Of a stretch of 64,000 nt of DNA, positions 51,312 to 64,000 are shown in pieces. Source of the stretch: Eledone cirrhosa (Eukaryota); contig OZ024742.1 in assembly GCA_964016885.1 (NCBI GenBank), positions 94,302,001 to 94,366,000 on the forward strand, in the 5' to 3' direction. The notes beneath the pieces were generated by a model. It saw nothing but the letters and a program-made list of their open reading frames with translations. It had not been told where the DNA came from and did not search any database. Position 1 is the stretch's first letter; each line of letters begins with the position of its first letter. A program made the translations under genes and the position numbers.

Positions 51312-53187
51312 CTATGCCAATTGTTGGAGATAAATGTGTCCAGAATGATGCCGGTGTACTTAGTGTCACGAATCATCAGAAAAAGGAGGCCTGGAAGTGT
51401 CATTCTGAGAGACTGATGAATATGGAGAACGAATGCGAGAGAGAGAAATTACCCTCAGTAAATCTGACAGAGGGACCAGCTATTGAGATTGACGAATATA
51501 GGGTCCAAGAGGCGATTAAGGAAATGAAAAATGGTAAGACTGCTGGACCATCAGGGATAGTTGCTGAGATGCTGAAGGCATCAGGGGACGTAGGCACTAA
51601 ACTGGTTGCAGGCATCATCAATCAGGCTATACATGGTGGTGTCATACCCAAAGACTGGTGCAGCAGTGTTCTCATAAATTGCTACAAAGGTAAAGGGGAT
51701 GCTTTGGAGAGGAGCACTTATAGGGGTATAAAATTGATAGATCAGGTTATGAAAGTGGCAGAAAGGATATTAGCACAACTAATTAGAGAAAGGGTCAAAC
51801 TAGATGAGATGCAATTTGGTTTTGTGCCTGGGGAAAGTATAACAGATGCCTTCTTATTGGTGAGACAATTACAAGAGAGGTTCTTAGAGAAGAATAAGCC
51901 ACTATACTTAGCTTTTGTTGACCTAGAGAAGGCCTTTGATAGGGTACCCCGATCTGTCATCTGGTGGTCCCTAAGGAAACTAGGTGTTGAGGAATGGCTT
52001 GTGAGGACAGTACAAACTTTGTACAGAGGTGCTGTCAGTAAAGTCAGGGTAGGAATGGAGTTTAGTGAGGAATTCCAGATACAAGTAGGAGTACATCAAG
52101 GTTCGGTCCTCAGCCCGCTCTTGTTCATTATAGTCCTCCAAGCCATAACAGAGAAGTTTAAGACTGGCTGTCCATGGGAACTTCTCTATGCTGACGATCT
52201 GGTTCTTATAGCAGAATCAGTAGAGGAGCTAAAGAATAAATTCTGGCTATGGAAACAGCAGTTGGAAGCAAGAGGACTGAGAGTGAACCTAGCTAAGACA
52301 AAAGTGTTGATGAGTAGAAAAGAGGACAAAACCCTGATTCCGCCAGGGAAATGGCCATGTTCGATATGCAGAAAAGGAACTGGCATAAATTCTATAAAAT
52401 GCACACAATGCAGATCCTGGGTACACAAGAGATGTAGTGGGATAGCAGGCAAACTAACAGGTAGGGAGTAATACGTATGCAGTAAATGTACAGGGAAATT
52501 AGACAGTAGAAGTCGAATTGATAGACACATTTTTCAAATGCAGGCGGGTGCTGTAGAAGTGGTGGATAGCTTCCAGTACCTAGGAGATCAGATTAGCATG
52601 GGAGGGGGGTGGTCCGAGGCCATAGTATCTAGAATAAGGACGGGTTGGAAGAAGTTTAGGGAGCTGCTTCCTCTGTTGACGAAGAAGGGTTTCTCCCTGC
52701 ATACAAAAGGCCGGTTATAATATGCCTGTGTGAGAAGCGCGATGCTGCATGGTAGTGAGACATGGGCAGCAACTGCAGAGGATATGCGACGGCTGGAGAG
52801 AAATGAGGCAAGCATGCTCCGTTGGATGTGCAATGTCAATGTGTGTGAACGACCCAACATGAATGTGTTGAGAGAGAAACTGTGTCTGAGAGGGATAGAA
52901 TGTAGTGTGCGAGAGAGGAGACTGAGATGGTATGGACATGTGATTCGCATGGAGGATGACCGATGGGTGAAGAAGTGCCAGGAAATGCCAGTTGAAGGAA
53001 GATGTGGTAGAGGTAGACCACGAAAAACATGGGCGGAAGTGGTGAGCACAGACCTCAGATCGCTGAAGCTCACGGTGGAGATGACGAAGTACCGTGACAA
53101 GTGGAGAGATGCTTTGCTGAATAAGACCCGTCCCACACTTGCAAGCAGGGAAGAACAGACTTAAAATGATGATGATGATGATGATGA
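51312..53187 (+). mobile_element. 5'-truncated RTE-clade LINE (second subfamily) with (GAT)n tail
   Basis: AGPSGI, DLEKAFD, HQGS, LYADDL, PHD-like CSIC..CTQC..H..C, FQYLG, RRLRWYGH, GRPRKTW. Stops at ~52469 and ~52718. Confidence 0.95.
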
Positions 53188-53374
53188 TATATATGAAAAA
53201 TGGCGTGCTGTGTTGTTGAAAATGTGATATACAAATTAAAATGAAGAATTAAAAATAGAAGCCAGGAATATCCATAATCAGAGGTCTACTAGCCATCATA
53301 GGTATTTCTTCGCATTAATTTTAATTTGCATATATATGCATATACATATATATATATATATATGTACTTATACA

Positions 53375-53725
53375 TCATCATCATCATCATCATCATTTAA
53401 CGTCCACTTTCCACGCTAGCATGTGTTAGACGGGCTGTCCCATTTGAGGCAAGTTGGTTCAGGTGACCGTGTCTTGCTCATAGAACCATTTCTGGCTACA
53501 CTTCTACCGCTGGATGCGTTTCCTAATGCCAACTATATTTACAGTGTATTCTGGGTGCTTTATACATATATATATATATATATCATCATCATCATCATCA
53601 TTTAACGTCCGCTTTTCCCTTCTTGCAAGGGTGGGACGGGAACTGATTCTGGCTTGATTTCTACAGCTGGATGCCCTTCCTAACACCAACCTCATTCACA
53701 GTGAGTGCTGGGTGCTTTTTGCCGT
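53375..53725 (-). mobile_element. Two short RTE-3'-tail elements (SINE-like or extreme 5' truncations)
   Basis: Minus strand ttaggaagggcatccagc.gtagaa...ggacgttaaatgatgatg matches the 3' UTR of the RTE at 19430-19578. Confidence 0.7.
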
Positions 53726-53916
53726 GGCACCTTCACGACCACTTTGCAGTGGAATGATAGGGACCCCAGTCCCTATCATCTCATTTATACAGCTGAGTAA
53801 ACTGGAGCAATGTGAAATAAAGTGTATTGCTCAAGGAAACAACACATCACCCGGTCTGAGAATTGATATATATATTTATTTAGGTTTGTTGGTTCACCAC
53901 TGGATAGAACTGGTCA

Positions 53917-53975
53917 ATCCTGATGATGTCACCAGATTCATACAGAACCCGGTCATTGAAATGATCATAGTATAA
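53917..53975 (+). ncRNA. Hammerhead motif in the left arm of an inverted repeat
   Basis: aatc CTGATGA ...GAAA tgatca TA gtat. Stem I is imperfect. The mirror copy is at ~55460-55518. Confidence 0.55.
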
Positions 53976-54017
53976 TACACGTTTTAAGGAATTACACCAG
54001 TCCAGCCTCCTGTTATT

Positions 54018-54116
<99 letters not shown>

Positions 54117-54399
54117 TGTTATGCTTTGGGAGGGTCATGTTGCCCATAAGAAACACACGCATGTGTAGCTTTCACTCCAATTTATTATAAACAAAATTTA
54201 TAAATTTAAGAATTTATAAATTTCCGGTTGGTTGGTTGGTTCCACAACCGGACAGTTGTTCATATATTGTCAAAGTTCTTTCGTCACACATTCTGTGACC
54301 TCTTTAGCATAACAATATTGGTTTCAACACACGTTTTCAGATAAAGAATCTTGCTAAACAAATTCAGAAACGAAATATATTTATATATATATATATATA

Positions 54400-55400
54400 T
54401 ATATAAGAATGTAGGCTTCACGTGCAGCAGCCGTACTGGGACAGCAAGCGGAAAAACGGCCACAGGAAACAAGTACCACCAATCTCTGGGACGGCTCTGT
54501 AGAGACAGTAGACAGCTTCTGCTACCTAGGTGACCGAATTAGCAGCGGAGGTGGGTGTTCAGAAAGTATAATAACTAGGGTAAGAACGGGATGGAAGAAG
54601 TTCAGGGAACTACTACCACTGCTAGCTGCAAAAGGCTTCTCCCTCAAAATGAAAGGCAGACTGTATGATGCGTGTATCCGAACAGGTAGTGAGAGTGTAT
54701 GATGCGTGTATCCGTTACATGGTAGTGAGACCTGGGCGTTGAAGGTGGAAGACTTACGTAGATTAGAAAGAAACGAAGCCTGCATGCTCCGATGGATGTG
54801 TAATAGTAATATACGCGAATGACAAAGCATAAATGAATTGAGAGAGAGACTGAGCATAAGAGGAATCAAATGCTGTGTGCAAGAGAGGCGGTTGCGTTGG
54901 TATGGACATGTGATGCGTATGAAGGATGACAGCTTCATAAAAATGTGCAGAGCACTAGAAGTCGATTGAAACCGCGGAGTGGGGAGACCCAAGATGATCT
55001 GGGATGAGGTGATAAAAGCCGACCTTACCCAATTGCACCTCTCAAAGGCGATGACACACGATCGTGACCTCTGGCATCACGCAGTAATACAGAGTACCCG
55101 ACCTCCCATGGGTACAAGCTAAAGCATATAGACAATATGCCCCCCCCCTGCAAGGTGGTCGTGGAGGTGCCACGCAAAAAAGCACCCAGCCCACACTGTA
55201 AAGTGGACTTGTAGGCGCCATGAAAAAGCACCCAGCACTCACTGTAAATGAGGTTGGTGTTAGGAAGGGCATCCAGCTGTAGAAATCAAGCCAAATCAGT
55301 TCCTGTATGAGCAAGGCATGGTCAGCCGACCAGACACTGCCCACAACCCGTCTAACCCATGCTAGCGTGGAAGAACGGATGTAAAACGGTGATGATGATG
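54400..55400 (+). mobile_element. RTE LINE 3' fragment with (GAT)n tail
   Basis: DSFCYLGD..GGGCSES..GWKKFRELLPLL..LHGSETW..RRLRWYGH, then the shared 3' UTR. Confidence 0.92.
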
Positions 55401-55459
55401 ATATATATATAAATGAAATAATAGGAGGCTGGACTGGTGTAAATCCTTGAAAGGTTTAT

Positions 55460-55518
55460 TATACGATGATCATTTCAATGACCCGGTTCCATATGAATCC
55501 AGTGATATCATCAGGTAT
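55460..55518 (-). ncRNA. Type I hammerhead motif
   Basis: Minus strand: atac CTGATGA tatcactggattcatatggaaccgggtcatt GAAA tgatca TC gtat. Palindromic ATGATCAT stem III. Confidence 0.68.
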
Positions 55519-55724
55519 TGGAAGATAACAAAGGAATATGTAAAAAGCCATGGGTCCGAAAAATCAGAGACAGAGAGGACGGAGGCAGAAGGGATATTCA
55601 ATTTTTGGGTAATTCAACAAATATAAATGTTTATAACTGATTCAGAGCACTCGACAGTTTTCTGGAGTATAATATTCAATGATATTAAATAAATGAATGG
55701 AATCTATATTTATAAAACCATATT

Positions 55725-55785
55725 TATTCTATTATATATATTTCAAGGTTACCAAAACTTTGGTATGCCATCATCAGATAAAATA
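55725..55785 (-). ncRNA. Type I hammerhead motif, same family as 38477-38540
   Basis: Minus strand: tattttat CTGATGA tggcataccaaagttttggtaacctt GAAA tatata TA atagaata. Confidence 0.7.
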
Positions 55786-55862
55786 CGAAGTGTGTTTTAT
55801 AAATGTTGACATAACCAAGGAAAATATACCTTAACAGTTCAAGTTTTCCTTGGATATATATA

Positions 55863-56480
55863 TCATCATCATCATGGTTTAACGTCCATCTTCCACGCTT
55901 GCATGGGTTTGGACGGGAGTTTTCCCAGTTGAGGCAAGATTTGTTGTCCTGCTCGTATAGGACTGTCTGGCGGGTTTTCTACGGCTGGATGCCCTTCCTA
56001 ACACCAACCACGTTTACAGTGTGGACTGGGAGCTTTTTACCGTGTTACCTACACGGCCACATTACAGCGTGGACTGTGTGTTTTTTTGTCGTGACACCTA
56101 CACGACCTCATTTGTTTCGTACTGGATGTTGTGGTACCAACATAACTTCACATTTAAGATGGGGGGGGGGGTAGAGGTGCCTACTGACTGTAGGTTTCGC
56201 TTTGTACTTAGGCAAGGCGGGTCTTCTGTATGACTGTGTAGCGCCAAAGATCTCGGTCCAGTGACATTGTCTTGGAGAGGTGTAAGTGTGTGGGGTCGGA
56301 ATTTATCAAGTCGTCCCAGGTTTTTCTGGGTCTGCCTACTCCGTGGCTACCGTCTATTTTTATCGCCCTGCACTTTTTTATACAGCTGTCGTCTTTCATG
56401 CGCATCACGTGACCGTACCAACGTTGTCTTCTCACGTGTAAACAACATCTGATCCCTCTTATTCCTAATTTCTCACTAAT
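55863..56480 (-). mobile_element. RTE LINE 3' end (same subfamily as 17675-19578)
   Basis: RRQRWYGHVMRMKDDSCIKKC..GRPRKTW, with 3' UTR and (GAT)n tail on the minus strand. Confidence 0.93.
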
Positions 56481-56484
56481 TTCT

Positions 56485-57601
56485 CACTCCTTCATTCACT
56501 CACTCTCTGTTACTACCACTCCTCCTCCTCCTTCTTCCCGTTTGACCTGTGCGTAATTCTTTTCTTTCGCACCCTTGGTCAGGCAGGTCGCTTTTTTTCT
56601 CTCTCTCGTCTACTATTTCACAGAACTTACGTTCACCGAATTCACAGACTAGATCCCTTCTTCCTCCCGTTAGACCTGTACGGAATTCCTTCCTTGCTCA
56701 CATTCCAACCATGTTTGATGGTCTTTATTCTCTCTGGTTCACGATTTAACCGAACTTATATTCATGGAAATTTGGGACTTGATTCCTTCTTCCTCACTTT
56801 TCGTTGCTTCACCATCTTTGTTTGTTTACACTCTCGTGTCCCCTTTATTTACGTGTCCCAACGACTTATTTTTAGCCGTTGCTCGCACCAACCGGAGGTA
56901 TATGGTCTTTAAAGCGATGAAATACCAATGATGGTTGGAAGATCACTGATGAAGGACTAACTTTATTCATATGTATCCCATTAGCAACCACGCAGCACGT
57001 TTATTCTCATATTTACACATATTTTTTCCCCCGCTGTGACCCTTCTATTCCGTTCTTACTGCTTCCTCTTTCTCTGTATCTTTACCCTCTCTAATAGTCA
57101 CTCTCTCTGTTAGCCTCTTCCTCACCCTTCACTCACTCACTCTCTGTTACTACCTCTCCTCCTCCTCCTTCTTCCCGTTTGACCTGTGCGTAATTCTTTT
57201 CTTTCGCACCCTTGGTCAGACAGGTCGCTTTTTTTCTCTCTCTCGTCTACGATTTCACAGAACTTACGTTCACCGAATTCACAGACTAGATCCCTTCTGC
57301 CTCCCGTTAGACCTGTACGGAATTCCTTCCTTGCTCATATTCCAACCAGGTTTGATGGTCTTTATTCTCTCTCGTTCACGATTTCACCGAACATATATTC
57401 ATGGATATTTGGGACTTGATTCCTTCTTCCTCACTTTTCGTTGCTTCACCATCTTTGTTTGTTTACACTCTCGTGTCCCCTTTATTTACGTGTCCCAACG
57501 CCTTTTTTTAGCTGTTGCTCGCACCAACCGGAGGTATATGGTCTTTAAAGCGATGAAATACCAATGATGGTTGGAAGATCACTGATGAAGGACTAACTTT
57601 A

Positions 57602-57605
<4 letters not shown>
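56485..57605 (+). repeat. 637-bp tandem duplication, diverged relative of the 621-bp array, ending in (TA)n
   Basis: Matching ORFs at 56549 and 57186. Shares cccgtttgacctgt, tttcacagaactta and tatggtctttaaagcgatgaaat..ggaagatcactgatgaaggac with the 621-bp unit. Confidence 0.92.
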
Positions 57606-57689
<84 letters not shown>

Positions 57690-58039
57690 CATATATATGT
57701 AAGTGTATGTGCGTGTATACATGTACACACACACTCACACATATATAATATATGTAGAATATGAATATATAATTGTCCAACACTTCTTAACAAAGATAGC
57801 AGACATTGCACTATAATGATGATGACATACATACATATATATCTAGCAATACCGACCGAGCTAAACATATTCAATTATTCTCACCTCAGTTGCTCACTTC
57901 ATCCAATGATATTTGATAATTTTTTATAATGTTTCTTGCTTGAGTCATCACCTTTCTTTTATTTTTGATTGGTGAACGGTTTACACTTCATTAACTATTC
58001 AGCCTCTTCTATAACTGACACAGCCATTATTAGCAACAC

Positions 58040-58075
<36 letters not shown>

Positions 58076-58077
<2 letters not shown>

Positions 58078-58505
58078 TGAAAGGGCTGAAGACGAGCACT
58101 TACCTCTTCGGTGATGCCCTGATTAACTTTTTCTAATTTCATTTGAAAAGGAAAATCAAGGTAGAGAGGGAAGTGCTTCTTCCCAGCTTTTTGTTGAAAG
58201 ATGGGTGAGAGAGGCAAGAATGGCCCGAGTGAATGGGCCTATTCTCAGTATGTGTCTGTAAATTGAAGGTGGAAAACTGGGAGAGCGCACTTGCCCTGGT
58301 GGTCAGGGTTACCGTGGCTTTTTTTTAATGGGCTTTCTCTACGATGGCCCTCGGAAGTCTCCCCCCTATTGAGGAATTTTTTATTGTTCTTTTGTTACAT
58401 CCTCTGTTTTCTTGTTTTTTTTTACACGCAGAAATGCCCATTTGTACCGTCCTGTACTGCCCTTAATGTCTACTTTGTGTAAACCCTTATGGTTAATACA
58501 GAAAG

Positions 58506-58508
<3 letters not shown>
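58076..58508 (+). mobile_element. 3' end of an L1/Tx1-like LINE inside (TTA)n
   Basis: LKGLKTSTYLFGDALINFF*FHLKRKIKVEREVL is homologous to ORF 59214-59435. It is flanked by TTA runs on both sides. Confidence 0.55.
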
Positions 58509-58539
<31 letters not shown>

Positions 58540-58554
58540 GTTATTATTATTATG

Positions 58555-59152
58555 TGCGGGAATTAGCAGCATCGGTAGAAGATCGGACGCCATGCTTTGC
58601 AGCGTAGTGTTACGCCCCCTTACGGTCTGAGTTCAAATTCCACCGAGGTTAACTTTGCCTTTCATCCTTACGGGGTTGATAAAATAAAGTACCAGTAATA
58701 CACTGGGATAATTGCTGGCCTTATGCCAAGAGTAAAACAATTATTATTATTATTATCGTTATAGGGCGGTGGATTGGCAGTATTGGTGGAGTGTCAGACA
58801 CAATACTTTGAAGCATAGAGGTATGGCCCTTTACTCCCTGTGTTCAAATCCCGCCGAGGTTAACTTTGCTTTTCATCCTTACGGGGTTGATAAAATAAAG
58901 CACCAGTAACGCACTGGGGTCGATTTAATCCACTTTTCCCTCCTCCCAAATTGCTGGCCTTGTTCCTGTGGATTGGCAGTATCGATAGAGGGTGTGACGC
59001 CATGCTTTGCAGCAAAGAGTTACAGCCCTTTATGGTCTGAGTTCAAATCCCGTTGAGGTTAACTTTGCCTTTCATCTTTATGGGGTCGATAAAATAAAGT
59101 ACCAGTAATATACTGGATAATTGCTGGCCTTGTGCCAAAAGTAGAAACAATT
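58555..59152 (+). mobile_element. Three head-to-tail SINE copies
   Basis: Three repeats of A box / gttcaaat(t/c)cc B box / ctttcatccttacgggg core. Confidence 0.9.
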
Positions 59153-59179
59153 ATTATTATTATTATTATTATTATTATT

Positions 59180-59680
59180 TGGCCAGGAAGGGCAGGCAAT
59201 TTTCCTCTGTCTGGTGGCAGTAGCGAAAGAGGTTGTATGGTGGACGAGGTTGAAAGGACTGAAGACAGACACTTTTCTCTTCGGCCAATCCCTCATCAAC
59301 TTTTTCAAGTTTCACTTGGAAAGGAAGGTGAGGGTGGAGAGAGAGGTGCTTTCCCCCAGTACATTTGCTGAAAGGTGGGTGAATGTGGCGAGAATGGCTC
59401 GTGTGAGTGGGCCTACTCTGGTCATGCGGCTGTAGGTAGGTAAATTTAAAGAGGAGAGGGGGTGCTCTCGAAGCGTTGGGTCGTTCAGGACTGGTGGGGT
59501 ACCTGAGCGAACCCTAGGTGGTCATCCCCCCCTATTGGGGAATTTTTTCTTGTTGTAATTTTCTTGTTACTTTGTTATTGTTATTCATATTATTTACTCG
59601 ATTTTTCTGTAAAACCCCACTGTCCCAGTCTTTTGTATTGTCCCCTATATGTCGGCCCTTGTGGCCAATAAATGAAATCA
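59180..59680 (+). mobile_element. 3' end of an L1/Tx1-like LINE inside (TTA)n
   Basis: AVAKEVVWWTR...STFAERW resembles the AKxxIWxxR...FxxxW C-terminus of Tx1-type ORF2. A pyrimidine-rich 3' UTR and aataaa are followed by (TTA)n. Confidence 0.6.
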
Positions 59681-60414
59681 TTATTATTATTATTATTATT
59701 ATTACTATTATCTTTAGGTTGTTTTAATGGTGGATTTGGAAGAATTATGATACCATCACACAGAATGACTTGTGTATCTGTTCTGGCTCTTTATATTTTG
59801 ATTTCAAATTCTGCTACCATCAGATTTGACTTTCACCCTTTTCATTGTTGACATGATAGTGATACAGAGATGTATTACTTTCTCAAGACAAGTTATATAG
59901 GCACAAAAAGTGCCAACTCCTGAACATTTGTGAAATGCAGGAAGGGTAACAAAAACAATCCTACATGCTATTGCCCAGTATCCATGCATTGCAGGCTTGT
60001 CCTCTTGTATTGGATACCTTCTATAATATGTAGGATAGATCTAACTATCAACCTTGTCTAGAGGGGAAATTAAATTGCTACCTTCCTTTAGAATGAAAGT
60101 GCAACAAGTCTTCTGCTTGATGGCTATTGAGAAAGAAGCTGTATGGTGGACATGGTTTAAAGTTTTGAGGAATGGAATTTTCCTCTCCTGCAAAGCCCTC
60201 ATCAAGGTAAAGAGGAAAGATAAGTGAATGCAGCTAGATTAAGGTGGTTTTTCAAAGCAAAAAGAATTAAACCAGATGGGGGCATTTTCAATGCCCTTGA
60301 TAGGGTTTTTTGCTAGAATTACTTTGAGAGGTATTCTTCTATTTTGGAGGAACTTTCCTTGCCAATTTTTGTTACCTTTTGCATCATTATGATTATCACT
60401 GGATTGCCAAGGGC

Positions 60415-61155
60415 AGTGGATTGACAGTATCAGTAGAGCGTCAGACAACATGCTTTATGGCATAGAGTTAGGCCCCTTTAAGATATGAGTTCAAATCCTG
60501 CTGAGGTTAGCTTTGCCTTTTATCCTTAGAGGGTTGATAGAATAAAGCACCAGTAATGCAACACTTAAATTGCTTGCCTTGTGCCTATAGTAGAAATCAT
60601 TATTATTGGATTGGCAGTACCAATAGAACGTCGAACAACATGCTTTGTGGCACAATGGCCCTGTATGGTCTGATTTCAAATCCCACTGAGGTTAGCTTTG
60701 CTTTTCATCCTTATGGGGTTGATAAAATAAAGTTGGTACTTTATTTTATCAACCCCATAAGGATGAAAAGCAAAACACTGGGGTCGATTTAATTGACTTT
60801 CCCCTCCCCAAAATTGCTGGCCTTGTACCTAAGTAAAAAACCATTATTATTAGGATGATGGATAGGCAACTGATAAGTTGAATGATAGGCAACTGATAAG
60901 TTGAATGTCGGACAACATGCTTTACATTTTGAATTCAAATCCTGCCGAAGTTAGCTTTGCCTTTCATCTTTATAGGGTCGATAAAATAAAGTACCAGTAA
61001 TACACTGAGGTCGATTTAATCGACTTTATCGTCCCCAAACATCGTTGGCCTTGTGCCTGAATAACAAATTGTTATTACCGTCATAATCATTATCATCATC
61101 AATTTTCTAATGTATCTTTTGGAATTTTTCAAGGCAAACTTTGCTTATGTATTTT

Positions 61156-61189
<34 letters not shown>

Positions 61190-61800
61190 CCGTCATCATT
61201 ATCAATTTTCTAATGTATGCTTTGCAGATTTTGAGGCAGCATTGCTTATTTAATTTTATATTCTTCAGAAGTTGCTATAATGAAAACATTACCATTATTA
61301 CATTCCCATTACCATTATTCTTCCTCCTACCCCTACTCCTCCTCCTCCTCATCATCATCATCAATAAGTTTATGATCATAATTATTTCCCCATATCATAT
61401 TCATCCTCCGTATTGTCATTATCATCCTCATTATTATGATGATTGTCATTAATCTCCTACTTATCATCATTATTGATATTATTATTTTGATATTATTATT
61501 TTTACTTTGCCTTTCATCCTTATGGGGTCGATAAAATAAAGTACCAGTAACGCACTGGGTAATTGCTGGCCTTGTGCCTAAAGTAGAAACAATTATTGAT
61601 ATTATTATTAATATTTTATTATTATCTGGCAGAGGGTCAGACCCCATGCTTTGCAGCATAGGGATTATGGTCCTTTACATTCTGTGTTCAAATCCTGGCA
61701 GGTTAACTTTGCCGCTCATCCTTACTGGGTTGATCAAATAAAGCACCAGTAATGCACTGGGGTAATTTCTGACCTTGTGCCAAAAGTAGAAACATAATTA
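60415..61800. mobile_element. SINE cluster interleaved with (CAT)n/(TAT)n repeats
   Basis: At least five SINE cores, including a short inverted junction at ~60705-60775. Confidence 0.82.
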
Positions 61801-61809
61801 TTATCATTA

Positions 61810-63090
61810 AGATCATTTTTGTAAATCTCAGACACTTAGCTGTTAAACGATCTGGATATTTCAGTTAGGGAGCAGTTAACAACAAGATGACAAAGGTCTC
61901 TCTGTGCCTTACATAGACAAGTCTTTCCTTAAAATCCTTACTGTCTTCTGCATGACCAGTATCCTTGCATCAATTCCGATTCTATTTACACAGTCCTCAA
62001 AACTGTCTGATATGCATCCCAATGCTCTAACTGCCACTGGAATCATGAAAATCTTCTTTGTCTCCCACAACTTTCCAACCCCCTCCTTCAGAGACTCATA
62101 ATTCTCTATCTTTTCATGCTCTTTATCCTTTGCTCTACTATCTCCTGATATATATATATCGATAATTTGGGCTTCTTTTTCTTTTTGTTCACAACTATAA
62201 TGTCTGGCCTTCTTGCTTCAATCATTCAATTGCATTGAATGGTGAAGTTCCACAAAAGCTTAAATTTGTCATTCCCTAACATCATTTCTGGTCTATACTG
62301 CTACCGTTTAGTTAGTCTGACAAACCTACATTTCTTAGATATCATCCAATGTATCTGGCAACATTATCATATTGTCTTTTCTAGTCTTGTTGTGCCAGCT
62401 AAATACATTTGCTTATAATATGCTTATAATATCTCTTTTTGTTTCACACATTATAATGATGATTTTATGTTTTTGACAACATGTTTAATGTTTAATGTTA
62501 GTTTGGGTGCTGCATACCAGTTTATCTTTTCATTCCTTTTCAAGTTCTTATTTTACTCTCATCTTACATTTATTGGGTGTTACTACATCAGCAGATTTTA
62601 CTGTGTCATGATGTTACGCCTTATATTTTTAAGGTACTGAACTAGGTTGTTTTCTCATTTTGACACAATTTTCACAACTTATTAGTCCTCTACCTCCTTT
62701 CTTTCTCCCTACATAAAGTCTTGTGTCTTTGGATGGAGTTCTGTATGCACTGTCATCAATTTTCTATTTTTCCTATCAATACTTTCCAATTCACCTTTCC
62801 TCCATTTAATAACTCCTGTCCCATAGTGCATGAGAGACACAGCCTATGTATTTGTTGAGTTGATCTTATTCCTTTTTCCCTTCCATTAAATTTAGATGAC
62901 ATTACAAGTCTCCTTTACCTGACATTCTTATAAGAACAGCTTCAGTTCTTTCTCTTTGATTTTATCCAACTGAAAGACTCCCAAATACTTGTATCCTTCT
63001 TCTACTTCTTTCATAGTCTGGCCATTTGCAAGCTCAATCCCTTTAGTTAGTTTTTCAAGTTTCAGGGTTACAATACCACATTTATCTACT
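61810..63090 (-). mobile_element. Second, heavily decayed R4/Dong-clade LINE remnant
   Basis: Minus-strand pieces EGYKYLGVFQLD, AVSLMHYGTGVIKW, LYVGRKKGGRGLISCE and LLWNFTIQC..IEARRPDIIVV. Confidence 0.8.
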
Positions 63091-63109
63091 TTTGAGGGTT
63101 ATAACATGT

Positions 63110-63485
63110 TTTGCTGCATATAGTTACAGTCCGTTATATTCTGAGTTCAAATCCCGCCAAGTTTAGCGTTGCCTTTCATCCTTACAAGGTTGATAAAATA
63201 AAGCACCAGTAATGCACTGGGGCTGATTTAATCACAAACTGCTGGCCTTGTACCTAAAGTTAAAACAATTATTGTTTGGCAGTATCGATAGAGGGTTGGA
63301 TGCCATGCTTAGCAGCAAAGAGTTACGGCCCTTTATGGTCTGAGTTCAAATCCCGCCGAGGTTAACTTTGCCTTTCATCCTTATGGGGTCGATAAAATAA
63401 AGTACCAGTCACGTACTGGGGTCGATTTAATCGACTTTCCCTTCCCCCCAAATTACTGGCCTTGTGCCTATATAAGAAACCATTA
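63110..63485 (+). mobile_element. Two tandem SINE copies
   Basis: ctgagttcaaatcccgcc B box and core domain occur twice. Confidence 0.9.
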
Positions 63486-64000
63486 TTATACAAAGCAATA
63501 ACAACATAAACATAATAATCAGTCTTTCTCTCTACATATGTATATTTCTCACTGACACTCTTTCAAAACACCTCTATTATCACTATATTTCATGACATTA
63601 CAAAATGTGATGTTTTTTAGTCTACCACTAGAAAATATATTTATATTCTAACAGGCAGTTGAATAACAACGCAACAAGCATTTTAAGGCAAGTTTTCTAG
63701 CTTTAACAAGATTTAGCCTTGCAGGTCCCATGATAGGTTTCATATACACTTTTTAAGACAATGTTTTAGTGCCAGATGCTTATCCTGGCACCAATCCTTT
63801 TAGTCACCTCTTACAACACAGGGATATAATGTACCAATTCTAAAAGAAATACAAAGAAAGACCAGATAAACACAGTTCTTATGTAACCAAATTCACTGGA
63901 AGTGTAGAGGTAAAGACAAGTATGTGATAAAAGGTATTTGCCCAAGATGCTGCACATTGGGATTGAACTTAAAACCACATAATAGCGACATGAAGTAAAT

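Overview
AT-rich, repeat-dominated animal genomic DNA with no supportable host protein-coding gene. The SINE, RTE-LINE and microsatellite content resembles a cephalopod (Octopus-like) genome; this is an inference. The window holds several decayed RTE-clade LINEs with (GAT)n tails and a C4HC3 PHD-like finger after the RT core, two R4/Dong-type LINE remnants, a CRE-type LINE C-terminus, two Tx1-like 3' ends embedded in (TTA)n, and many tRNA-derived SINEs. At least four Penelope-like element (PLE) families are present. The largest structure is an ~8 kb inverted duplication (24206-32166) built from three PLE families. Reading both strands shows several type I 'minimal' hammerhead ribozyme motifs from unrelated sequence families (intact cores at ~23.7, 35.7, 38.5, 45.5, 53.9/55.5 and 55.7 kb, plus degenerate ones). 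They mostly lie in short non-coding fold-back or tandem units next to (TA)n microsatellites. A 621-bp head-to-tail array with a half-hammerhead motif occupies 39.7-43.1 kb. Coordinates were read by eye and most boundaries are approximate.
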